Shown here piece by piece: positions 40,456 through 49,266 of a DNA stretch of 64,000 nt. Every line of letters starts with the position of its first letter. The first letter of the stretch is position 1. A program made the position numbers and the translations under genes. The notes below the pieces were generated by a model that saw only the letters and a list, made by a program, of their open reading frames with translations, was not told where the DNA came from and did not search any database. The stretch lies in IMG/VR virus record IMGVR_UViG_3300049491_000350, positions 18,751 to 82,750 of that record; one strand, written 5' to 3'. The stretch is from a virus.

Positions 40456-43400
40456 ATGAAACAACTAAGGCTATGGAGTTTAGCTCCGCTTATTATGATT
40501 GCGGTGTTTCTGTCCGGGCTGACAACAGCATCGGCACAAGCACCGTATTTGTCCTGTGATTCGTTCTGGGCTGCGAACAACAAGACGTGCAGTGGACGGC
40601 TCAACTTTAATTCAAGTGGTTTATCATCAGCTACCACAGGGATGAAACTGATTGACACATTAAGTGAAAGGTGGATACGCAGTTATGTTGACAGAAGCCT
40701 GCCGAAGATTGGATTGAATTACAGGGATGAGTTCAAGCAAGTGAAGGTTGAGATACCTGACAGCGCAGTGGCGCAAAAGTTTTTTATGTTTGACTACTAC
40801 GCAGTTGACTATGCTTATGACAGCAGGAACTCATTGTGGTGTCAGTTCAAATACGGAGACTATTATCCGCAGCTTTCATTAGGTGTGCGCCCCATAAGTG
40901 GCGCATTGTGGCTTTGTATTGTAAGGCAATACGACACAGCAACCGCAGGTACACACGTACCAAAGGTTTCTATTATCACACCCGTACAACCTATCGTATC
41001 AAACCAAAAGCAGAATATAATTTTTGAAGTAAACTGGCAGAGCAACTATACCGGGTATGTTAAATTATATATTGACGGCGTTTTAAAAGCAACAGTCAAT
41101 GGCCCGAATATGGATAAGTCATACAATATGTCTCAAAGGTCTTACCCTCCATTCAGGCTTGGCAACTATCAGTTTACATGGGGCGATATAGCAACAGCAC
41201 CAGCCATTACAAAACGCACTGTATTATTCAGGCATGTAGTTATTGGTGGGCAGAATATGAACATCAATCAATTGCTCCCTACGCCATCAGTACCTTCTGC
41301 ATTGCAGTTAAATACATCTTCCATTACTACTGCATCATACAGGCAAGGCGGCGTACAGGCATCTGGAACAGTGTTCAACATCAAGGGCAGCAACCTTACT
41401 AGCTTCCCCGGCAATGTAACAATAACCGGAAGCACCCACTATGAAGTATCTGCAACATCTGCAACTACCGGGTTCAGCACCAGCGTAACAGTACCATACA
41501 CATCTGCAACGCTTGCACAAAAGAATCTATGGGTGAGGTTGAAGTCTGGATTATCCAGCAGTGTATATAATGCGGAAACAATATCATTTGCAAATGTTGA
41601 TACAACAATATACTTGACCGTTAATGGGCAGGTGCTTGCTGCAAGCGGCACAAACTATTACATATCTAATGCAGGTAGCGATGTTGCTGCTGGCACATCT
41701 ACCGGAACTGCATGGCAAACTATTAGTAAACTGAATGCTATGTCTGGTGCGTTCTCGTCAGGAGACAGCATCTTCTTCCATCGTGGCGAAACATACTTTG
41801 GTGCTGTGAATGTAGGCAGCAGCAATTTGTATTTTGGTGCTTATGGTTTAGGAACAAGGCCTGTAATTTCTGGCTTCGTAACTGCTGGCTCATGGGTTGC
41901 TGATGTAATGACTGGCGTATGGAAAACACCAGTGAATGCAAAAAACAATTTGATTATGGTAACTAAGGATGGCAAGCCGCAGCAGATAGGCAGATACCCT
42001 AATGCTGATGCAACCAATCATGGATACCTTACGTTTGAGGGCTTCAACACTGGCTACATAATTGACAGCCAGTTGACATCTGCTACCAACTGGACAGGCG
42101 CAGAGCTTCTGTTAAGGGGCAATGACTGGAATATTGACCGCACTATCATTACGTCTCATTCTGGAAACAGATTGAATTACAGGGTAGGTAGGGGCGTTAG
42201 TTCATGGATAACACCATTGTTATCTATTGTAAAAGCCAATTACGGATACTTCATACAGAACGACAAGCGTACACTTGATAAGGCAGGCGAATGGTGGTAT
42301 GACAGCACTGGAAAATACATCTATATGTACTCTGGCGTATCTGCGCCATCTGGCGTTAAAGTTTCTGTGATTGATACGCTGATGAATTGCAGAAACAAAA
42401 ACAATATAACTATTTCGGATATTGATTTTGACGGTGCTAATATGTCTGCTATTTATTTAAAGGATGCCAGTACGCTTACTGTTAAGAACAGCAACATCAC
42501 AAACTGCGGAGCTAAAGGTGTTCATGTTTATAATACATCTGACGTTCTTGTTCAGGCTGTATCGTGTAATAACATTTTAAGCAATAGCATTTATGTCAAC
42601 TCAAAAACTAAAAACAATGTAGCTATCAGGGCTTGCGCTATTAAAAACAATGCGCCACTGGTAGGCATGGGTAGTTACTTTGAATACAACGACAACAAAG
42701 CAATCGTTGGCGTAACAAACAATTTAACTATTGAGGACAACTCTGTTGACAGCACCGGGCTTAACGGTATTGACTGGAACGGCTCAAACGTTTTGATTCA
42801 GCATAACACCGTAAAGAATTTCTGCCTTGAACTGCATGATAACGGAGGCATATATACTTACTTTGATATTAATGGTGGAAGCACCAACATTGCTCTTACA
42901 AACAGGGTGATAAAAGAAAATACTGTGTTGTATGGGTATGGCAATTTCAATGGCACTCCCAGAGGAACTAACAGCGATGCAGCAGATGGAGGCGCAGGTG
43001 TTGCAGGCATCTATCTTGATGGCATAACAGCTAACGTTTCTGTGGTAGATAACAACATTGGTTTTGTTGGCAAGAATGGTATCCATACCAATAACCCAAT
43101 GAACATAACCATCACTGGCAATGTAATATGGGCTGCAAGGAACTACATATCATTCATGGTGTGGCCTTATGGTGTTGTTGGAAACCTGCGGATAACAGGC
43201 AACGTCCTGTTCCCAAGAAACGACAGTGAGAATTTGTATTACTATACCAATGCAAAATACTCTCCGCCTCTTGGATTGAATTTGCAGAACCTTGCATTCA
43301 TAGACAGCAATTACTATTCCCTTTACAATGAGGCTGGTTTTGTTACAGAATTTTCTAATGCTGGCAATATTATAAAGTCATCTCCTTTGAGTTATGATTC

Positions 43401-44139
43401 TTGGAGGGCGACAACCGGGTTCGATGCAAACAGTTATACATCTGTACGGAAGCCTTCATACAAAGTAACCAGTATGGTAAGCGCAAACAAAGCATCCAAT
43501 GCAGGAACATTTAATTCTAACATTACCGGGTACACTGTTTATGGAACAAGCACCACTGGCTTATGGGATAATACCAACAAGATAAATGGTGGCAGCTTGA
43601 AATTCAATTTCACTGCGCCTCAAGCAGGAAGGTTTAGTTTTGTGCATTCGCCTGTTGGCGCAATAAGCAGTGCTAAAAAGTACCTGCTTAGGTACACAAC
43701 GCTTGGTACAGGCTCTGGCATTACTAATGCTTATATCAGGAGGACAGCTTCTCCATACGAGAGCCTTACCCCTGTACAGAGAGGGGTATTCGGTGCTGTT
43801 GTAAAGACGCATGAGTTTTTATTCACTGCACCAACTACCGTTACAGCAGGCAGTATTGTGATTGCTATTGACCAGTCGAGCGGAGCTACTTACCTTGACA
43901 ACATTCAGTTCTACGAAGTGAATGCAACGCTCCTTGATGTACTCTCTGAAATCAGGTATGAGTACAATGATACAGGCGCAGAAAAAGTAATCACGACCTC
44001 AAGGAAATACATAACGGCAGCAGGCGAATCTATTAACGGAAAGATTACCATGCCACCGTACTCAAGTATGATGTTCATTGATAACGGAGCAGCTACTTCG
44101 ACAGCTACAAGCGGCAGGATTTTTAACAAGTATCAGTAA
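40456..44139 (+). CDS. Secreted-type polysaccharide depolymerase/tailspike (lyase-like domain, right-handed beta-helix, CBM-like domain)
   Basis: Signal peptide ...TASA|Q; GYVKLYIDG...PFRLGNY; TNYYISNAGSD...AWQTISKLN...GDSIFFHRGE beta-helix entry; DNGGIYTY, GIYLDG repeats. Confidence 0.7.
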   Translation: MKQLRLWSLAPLIMIAVFLSGLTTASAQAPYLSCDSFWAANNKTCSGRLNFNSSGLSSATTGMKLIDTLSERWIRSYVDRSLPKIGLNYRDEFKQVKVEIPDSAVAQKFFMFDYYAVDYAYDSRNSLWCQFKYGDYYPQLSLGVRPISGALWLCIVRQYDTATAGTHVPKVSIITPVQPIVSNQKQNIIFEVNWQSNYTGYVKLYIDGVLKATVNGPNMDKSYNMSQRSYPPFRLGNYQFTWGDIATAPAITKRTVLFRHVVIGGQNMNINQLLPTPSVPSALQLNTSSITTASYRQGGVQASGTVFNIKGSNLTSFPGNVTITGSTHYEVSATSATTGFSTSVTVPYTSATLAQKNLWVRLKSGLSSSVYNAETISFANVDTTIYLTVNGQVLAASGTNYYISNAGSDVAAGTSTGTAWQTISKLNAMSGAFSSGDSIFFHRGETYFGAVNVGSSNLYFGAYGLGTRPVISGFVTAGSWVADVMTGVWKTPVNAKNNLIMVTKDGKPQQIGRYPNADATNHGYLTFEGFNTGYIIDSQLTSATNWTGAELLLRGNDWNIDRTIITSHSGNRLNYRVGRGVSSWITPLLSIVKANYGYFIQNDKRTLDKAGEWWYDSTGKYIYMYSGVSAPSGVKVSVIDTLMNCRNKNNITISDIDFDGANMSAIYLKDASTLTVKNSNITNCGAKGVHVYNTSDVLVQAVSCNNILSNSIYVNSKTKNNVAIRACAIKNNAPLVGMGSYFEYNDNKAIVGVTNNLTIEDNSVDSTGLNGIDWNGSNVLIQHNTVKNFCLELHDNGGIYTYFDINGGSTNIALTNRVIKENTVLYGYGNFNGTPRGTNSDAADGGAGVAGIYLDGITANVSVVDNNIGFVGKNGIHTNNPMNITITGNVIWAARNYISFMVWPYGVVGNLRITGNVLFPRNDSENLYYYTNAKYSPPLGLNLQNLAFIDSNYYSLYNEAGFVTEFSNAGNIIKSSPLSYDSWRATTGFDANSYTSVRKPSYKVTSMVSANKASNAGTFNSNITGYTVYGTSTTGLWDNTNKINGGSLKFNFTAPQAGRFSFVHSPVGAISSAKKYLLRYTTLGTGSGITNAYIRRTASPYESLTPVQRGVFGAVVKTHEFLFTAPTTVTAGSIVIAIDQSSGATYLDNIQFYEVNATLLDVLSEIRYEYNDTGAEKVITTSRKYITAAGESINGKITMPPYSSMMFIDNGAATSTATSGRIFNKYQ

Positions 44140-44159
44140 ACCAAAAAAAACAAAGACTT

Positions 44160-44429
44160 ATGAACCGCTTTAGTTTGCAATTGCGTGATTGGCTGAAAGG
44201 TTTAATCATCGCCGTAGGTACACCAGTGTTGTATTTAATGCAAGAGTTGATTCCAAACTGGAATCTTACTCCAATCGAAAAGGCTGCGCTGTCAGCATTT
44301 GTAACTTACATGCTGAAAAACCTTTTCACTGATGATGTAAAGGCTGCAAAGAAAACACTGGTTAAGGCAAAGGAAATCGAGAAAAAGGCAGAGGAAAAGC
44401 AGCAGCAGAAAAATGATTACCCAGAGTAA
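44160..44429 (+). CDS. Putative holin
   Basis: Two short hydrophobic helices with a charged C-terminus (DWLKGLIIAV...YMLKNLFT). Confidence 0.6.
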   Translation: MNRFSLQLRDWLKGLIIAVGTPVLYLMQELIPNWNLTPIEKAALSAFVTYMLKNLFTDDVKAAKKTLVKAKEIEKKAEEKQQQKNDYPE

Positions 44430-44512
44430 CAACCTGACACTGGCTCTCCGATGAGAAGCCCAACAAAGAGTAAATTATTAAAGACCAATGAACAACATTT
44501 GGAAAATATTTT

Positions 44513-44890
44513 ATGAATGCAAACGACAAAATTTTAGCAGGATTGATTTTACTTTCTTTCTGCTGTTCGTTGGTCGCTCTTTTTTTTGGAAAGAACAACG
44601 ACTTCAAGACCGGGTTAAAAATGTTATTCGGAGGGTTCTTCTTTGGGTGTGTTTCTGCCTACGTTGTACATGATGGTACATTTTTTGAATGGATTAAGCG
44701 GCTTGTAGTTTTGCTGACAAGCATGTTTGGCAAGCCACTGTACGATAAGATTAGCATAAGGATTGGAGCTTGGCTTGATAAGATAGTAACAGCAAAGGTT
44801 GATTCGGTTTCTACCTCTATTAAATCTGAACCGCAAGATGAAACAAAAACACTAAACAAAACATCAAGCAATGACACTTCTAATAGTTAA
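44513..44890 (+). CDS. Holin-like membrane protein
   Basis: Two to three predicted TM helices. Confidence 0.5.
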   Translation: MNANDKILAGLILLSFCCSLVALFFGKNNDFKTGLKMLFGGFFFGCVSAYVVHDGTFFEWIKRLVVLLTSMFGKPLYDKISIRIGAWLDKIVTAKVDSVSTSIKSEPQDETKTLNKTSSNDTSNS

Positions 44891-45287
44891 CGGCATATTT
44901 TTCTTGGTATGCTCCCTCTTTGGAATGTACAGCATGTACAAAAACGATTGCATCATAACAAACAGATGGCTGTTCCTGACGGGATGGTTTTTGTTTGTTT
45001 GTACCATCAGCCTGTCTGCTATCAACTTCCTAAATTATTTTACAGCGCAGGGTATAATCAGTTTTAGTTTTGCTACACTTGGCATAGGGCTACGTGCAAG
45101 CGTGTCTGACTATGTTACAGGTGGGGCAACAATATTATTTGCATTGTATTTATTTTCGCTCCGTAAAAAATGTATGAATGCAGAGTACCTTCCGAGGACA
45201 TTCAGGATATGGATAACAAGGTGGTGGCACTCATTCAAATACAGGCGGCAGCAGAGGAATACAAAACAACTTGAGTTTAAATTTTAA
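44871..45287 (+). CDS. Membrane protein
   Basis: Three to four hydrophobic helices and a basic tail. Confidence 0.55.
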   Translation: MTLLIVNGIFFLVCSLFGMYSMYKNDCIITNRWLFLTGWFLFVCTISLSAINFLNYFTAQGIISFSFATLGIGLRASVSDYVTGGATILFALYLFSLRKKCMNAEYLPRTFRIWITRWWHSFKYRRQQRNTKQLEFKF

Positions 45288-45307
45288 TCACTAATAAAAA
45301 ACAGTTT

Positions 45308-45550
45308 ATGAAAAAGAGAATCTTCATTTTTGCCATTTTACTTATGGCTACGGCAACTACATTTTTAACAGGCTGCTCACCCAGCTATCAATCAGGCGGC
45401 TGGATTATACCAGTGGGCTTGATTGGCTTTAGTGGGTTCAGCTTCTACAAGTATTCAAAGGACAAGGAAAACAAAGCGGCCTTGTACGTTGGCATTGCCC
45501 TGCTTGTAGCTTTCGCCATAGTATTGCTCATGTTTAGAAACGATGGTTAA
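45308..45550 (+). CDS. Small lipoprotein/membrane protein
   Basis: Lipobox FLTG|C followed by two hydrophobic segments. Confidence 0.55.
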   Translation: MKKRIFIFAILLMATATTFLTGCSPSYQSGGWIIPVGLIGFSGFSFYKYSKDKENKAALYVGIALLVAFAIVLLMFRNDG

Positions 45551-45959
45551 TATGCTGTACTACGCACAACTATACATGCTGCTTATCGCCTTCGCATTAG
45601 GCGCAAGGGATGGAATCAATTACTCCATTTTCAAAGTACCGCAGCAGATGGAATACCTTAAACTGAAAGGCATGTTAAATGCTTGGCATTTTTGTGGAGG
45701 TGTTATTTATCTGCTGGCTTGCCTGCCTGCAATCGCTCTGGTTAACTGGCTACTGGTTATACCATGCCTGCTTGTTCGTGTTTCCATATACGACATAGCG
45801 CACAACCTATTTGCGAAATTCCCGGCTGGGCATCTGGGTACAGAAGCCAAAAGTGATAAGCTGTTTGTGAAACTGTTTGGGAAGGAAGGGGCAATCAAGA
45901 AGGCGGTTGCTTTTATTCTTATCCTTATTACCTTAAACATTGTTTACATCTTAACATGA
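45543..45959 (+). CDS. Membrane protein
   Basis: Several hydrophobic helices; WH...G motif. Confidence 0.55.
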   Translation: MVNMLYYAQLYMLLIAFALGARDGINYSIFKVPQQMEYLKLKGMLNAWHFCGGVIYLLACLPAIALVNWLLVIPCLLVRVSIYDIAHNLFAKFPAGHLGTEAKSDKLFVKLFGKEGAIKKAVAFILILITLNIVYILT

Positions 45960-46798
45960 TAAAGAACATCAACAACGTTTTGACAATAGCCCTTTTTGCT
46001 TTCGCAATCTGGGCTTTGTTGTCAATGCGCTCATGCTGGAACAACAGCAACAGAGCGGACAATCTTGATGCTGCTATTGCAGCACAGAACGACACCATCA
46101 AATACTGGAAGAACAAGTATGGAGACAGCATTGCCAGCAGGCAGGTGGTCAGGATAGGGAGCAGCGATGCAGACAAGTTCCTCAACAGGGATTCCCTTGC
46201 CAATAAGTTCAACACCAGCAAAGATGATATTGAGGCCTTCTATCAAGTAGCAACCACTGGCTCTGCCACCATACCGCAGGCAGGGCAACCAGAGATTCGG
46301 TACGTGTACCCGGATGATTACATCGCCCCGGACAGAGATAAGCCTGCTGACACGCCCAGAATGTGCCTTAGCGACAGTTTTATCAGCCCGTATTACAGGG
46401 TTTTTGCAAATGTCTGCGCTGGCGGAGGTGGGTATGTGAGCATAAAAGCCTACGATACCATCTCATTGTTGCAGAAACGGGGCAAGGTGGGCAGTTTGTT
46501 CAACAGGCGGCACATAACGCAGGTTGACGTAATGAACTCAAATAAGGACGTAAAAGTGGCATCCGTGAAGGGGTATGTCATAAATGATGACCCCGGAGCT
46601 AAAGCCGTAGAGATATACGGCCAGTCCGGGGTCATGTTCTTAGGCGGTATTAACCAGCCGTCTTTGCCTTACATAGGGGCTGGGGCAGAGTTCCAGTTTG
46701 GCAGGCTGTCCATAGCAGCAAGCTGGAACAAGAGCATGGTTGCCCCGGCAAATAACTTTGTAGATTTAAAAGCAAGGTTCAGGCTCATAAGATTCTAA
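45956..46798 (+). CDS. Putative spanin-like envelope protein
   Basis: N-terminal TM ending MRSC, short coiled coil, C-terminal amphipathic beta-strands ending in Phe; last gene of the lysis cluster. Confidence 0.45.
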   Translation: MIKNINNVLTIALFAFAIWALLSMRSCWNNSNRADNLDAAIAAQNDTIKYWKNKYGDSIASRQVVRIGSSDADKFLNRDSLANKFNTSKDDIEAFYQVATTGSATIPQAGQPEIRYVYPDDYIAPDRDKPADTPRMCLSDSFISPYYRVFANVCAGGGGYVSIKAYDTISLLQKRGKVGSLFNRRHITQVDVMNSNKDVKVASVKGYVINDDPGAKAVEIYGQSGVMFLGGINQPSLPYIGAGAEFQFGRLSIAASWNKSMVAPANNFVDLKARFRLIRF

Positions 46799-46820
46799 TG
46801 GTTGAATGATTTGTTTCGTG

Positions 46821-46849
46821 AAAGCGGCAGGTTTTACTTGCCGCTTTTT
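46821..46849. terminator. Bidirectional terminator at the convergence of the late and early/replication arms
   Basis: aaagcggcag/ttgccgcttt inverted repeat with A and T tails. Confidence 0.75.
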
Positions 46850-47286
46850 TCTTCTTCTACTGGCACTGAAAGCAGTTCGTTAACATGATTAACCACCTCC
46901 TGCATTTCCTCCATGTCAGCATAATCGCCATCCTCTTTGAACTCTATGCCTTCATAGTTTACATGCAGCTTAACGAAAAACATATTCAATACAATAAGCA
47001 AAAGTTCTTTTACATTTTTGATGCCCATTGATATGCCGCTTGCTCCACCAAAATTTACATACTCATTGCCGAATGATACAAGTTTGGAATCAGCTTCTGC
47101 ATGTACGGCTATAACATAGGTGCGCTTGTAGTGTACCTCAAAAGACATTGAATGCTCAAGCGTAGTTTCTTTAAACTCTTTTAGTTTCATGCCAAGCAAT
47201 TCAAATATTGCCTTCACATCATTTTGTGAATTGTCGCATATCCTGCTGGATAGAATTTTTTCTGCGGATTCTTTTGTTAGTTTCAT
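46834..47286 (-). CDS. Hypothetical protein
   Basis: 150-aa ORF in the minus-strand gene run. Confidence 0.6.
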   Translation of the reverse strand: MKLTKESAEKILSSRICDNSQNDVKAIFELLGMKLKEFKETTLEHSMSFEVHYKRTYVIAVHAEADSKLVSFGNEYVNFGGASGISMGIKNVKELLLIVLNMFFVKLHVNYEGIEFKEDGDYADMEEMQEVVNHVNELLSVPVEEEKSGK

Positions 47287-47312
47287 AAATTGTTTGCGTT
47301 TATTGATGATTG

Positions 47313-47816
47313 TTATTTTTCTTTTTTGTCTTTTGGTTTCAGCTTCATGTATTCGCTCTCAACAATTTCAACAATGTCTGGCAGTGGTTTGTATTTGCAG
47401 CCTGTTGTAACTTCCATTAAAATCTGTTTGTCTCCCCATGCAATTCCCACTGTGCTTACCCATGCAATGCCGCCGTCTGATGATACAGTTTGCGGAGCTT
47501 TGAAGTTTACTATCTTGTTAAGCTCATCGTATTCTATTGTAGGCAATACGTTTATAATTTCCCATGCAGCCTTTGTTGTAGATTTAGGAGCGTACAAGTT
47601 CTGCCATGTATTTCCTACTTGCTTCCATCCATCTGGCTTCTCTTTATATTCTATTGCAGAAATGCCGCCAGCTAATTTGCCTTGAGCTTTAGCATAACGC
47701 TGGCCATTCAATTTCCCGACAGCAGCATTCGCTTGTTTATTAACTCCCTCTACTTTCTTTTTAAGTTCCATCAATTTTTTAAAAGTCTCTGTGCCTTTTG
47801 AAATTTTGTAATACAT
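47313..47816 (-). CDS. Hypothetical protein
   Basis: 167-aa ORF. Confidence 0.65.
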   Translation of the reverse strand: MYYKISKGTETFKKLMELKKKVEGVNKQANAAVGKLNGQRYAKAQGKLAGGISAIEYKEKPDGWKQVGNTWQNLYAPKSTTKAAWEIINVLPTIEYDELNKIVNFKAPQTVSSDGGIAWVSTVGIAWGDKQILMEVTTGCKYKPLPDIVEIVESEYMKLKPKDKKEK

Positions 47817-47827
47817 AGTGTTTTATT

Positions 47828-48220
47828 TTATGGTGAATAGATAATTGGTTCTTCGCAAAAAGGGCATTCGGATAGCTGTATGCAATGATTGCGTGAAAAG
47901 CTCCACTCGGTTACAACAGGCAGAAGTTCTGCTGGAAGCTCCCTGAAATCAGCAATCTCATCCGCAGGTATCAATCCTTCGATGTCGTACAGCACTCCAT
48001 CAATAAGAGAAGCAATATGCCCATCTTCGTTGTCTATGTATGGCTTGGCATCAGGATACATAGCTTTCAGGAGTAAGTAAAACTGATAGCAGCTACCTTG
48101 AGAAAAGATATACTTGATGTAGATGTCTGTTTCCCTTAGTGTATTGATGAATGTTAGTATTGGAATCATTTTAACAATATCCTTTATGTTTTTCGCTTTT
48201 AAGTTCATTGCTGTCAACAA
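47828..48220 (-). CDS. Hypothetical protein (start uncertain)
   Basis: GSCYQFYLLLK...GHIASLIDGVLYDIEG (Cys/His/Asp, papain-like triad possible); CPFC tail. Confidence 0.55.
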   Translation of the reverse strand: MLTAMNLKAKNIKDIVKMIPILTFINTLRETDIYIKYIFSQGSCYQFYLLLKAMYPDAKPYIDNEDGHIASLIDGVLYDIEGLIPADEIADFRELPAELLPVVTEWSFSRNHCIQLSECPFCEEPIIYSP

Positions 48221-48674
48221 ATACAGAGCAGTCTGGAATATAACACCAGCAAATCATTTTCATTGCCATGTTTCCAAATATTATCCACTGGCTTTCTTCA
48301 AAATCATAATATCCCAATTGAGCAAATGTGTTATCTTCTTCATTGTATATCATAACTGTTTTTGAAAATGTTTCGTTTAGTTCTTGCGCTGGGAAGTGTT
48401 GCATGTTAAAGAACTGAACTGTCATAAAAGATTCCAAGCATCTTTTATTCCATGTATCTATTGTATCTGAAACTACTTTATCTATTGCGAAGCCTGCAAC
48501 CGAAGTTCTGCTGAACCCGGTTATGGATGGGTGTAGTTTACATTTTTTCCCTTCACATTTAATATGCACATCAAAAGTGGTAGAGCCAGTTCCAGACTGT
48601 ATGGCGTTGCCCTTTAATAGTTTTGGCTTGCATCCGCAGAACGGGCAGCGTAATAGCGTGTTTTGTTTTTCCAT
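48171..48674 (-). CDS. Lar (restriction alleviation)-like Zn-ribbon protein
   Basis: LLRCPFCG...C..C...WNKR pattern. Confidence 0.55.
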   Translation of the reverse strand: MEKQNTLLRCPFCGCKPKLLKGNAIQSGTGSTTFDVHIKCEGKKCKLHPSITGFSRTSVAGFAIDKVVSDTIDTWNKRCLESFMTVQFFNMQHFPAQELNETFSKTVMIYNEEDNTFAQLGYYDFEESQWIIFGNMAMKMICWCYIPDCSVFVDSNELKSEKHKGYC

Positions 48675-48684
48675 ATATTTTAAA

Positions 48685-48948
48685 TTAAAAAATGTCTAAT
48701 CCTTTTTGAATAGCTCTTGCATGTAAAGTTTGCATAGCAAAAACACTAACAGTTACATCAGGAACTTTGCCAGAGCCAAATTCGCTTTGCAGCAGTACCA
48801 TGCCGATGGAGTTAAGCTCACCCCATTTAAGCTCTGCCAGTTCCCTCCACTTAAAAAAAATCATATCTAATGTAGCGATAGGGTGCAGTTGTTTTTCAAG
48901 CATCTTTTGTTCGCTTGGTTTTAGCACATCATATAGCCTTGCTTTCAT
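48685..48948 (-). CDS. Hypothetical protein
   Basis: 87-aa ORF. Confidence 0.5.
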   Translation of the reverse strand: MKARLYDVLKPSEQKMLEKQLHPIATLDMIFFKWRELAELKWGELNSIGMVLLQSEFGSGKVPDVTVSVFAMQTLHARAIQKGLDIF

Positions 48949-49093
48949 CTGTTTCAGTTTTTGTTTTTATAATTATAGGTTCTTCAATATCATGCCCTGC
49001 ATAGTGGCAATCCCAGCAGCACTTATGTTCTATTTCAATAGCCATCAGTAGCCTGCAATTGCAGTAGGGGCAATATGGTTCTGGTTTACTCAT
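48929..49093 (-). CDS. Small Zn-finger protein
   Basis: Probable start MSKPEPYCPYC at 49093 (ATGA overlap); CPYC...CWDC. Confidence 0.5.
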   Translation of the reverse strand: MSKPEPYCPYCNCRLLMAIEIEHKCCWDCHYAGHDIEEPIIIKTKTETDESKAI

Positions 49094-49266
49094 TTCATTT
49101 CTGTTGCGTTGCGATAATCTAATGGAACAATCCACCAGTAATTTTCAACCTTGCCAGCCCATTGCCCAGCACGTATATGCAGGTATATGTTTGACAGGTG
49201 CGGCTCAATGCCGTCAATGTTATTAGTTTTAACTGGAATCTCCTTTGCGTAAAATATTTTACTCAT
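49090..49266 (-). CDS. Small hypothetical protein (58 aa, not in the ORF track)
   Basis: MSKIFYAKEIPVK...NATEMK; ATGA overlaps with both neighbours. Confidence 0.5.
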   Translation of the reverse strand: MSKIFYAKEIPVKTNNIDGIEPHLSNIYLHIRAGQWAGKVENYWWIVPLDYRNATEMK

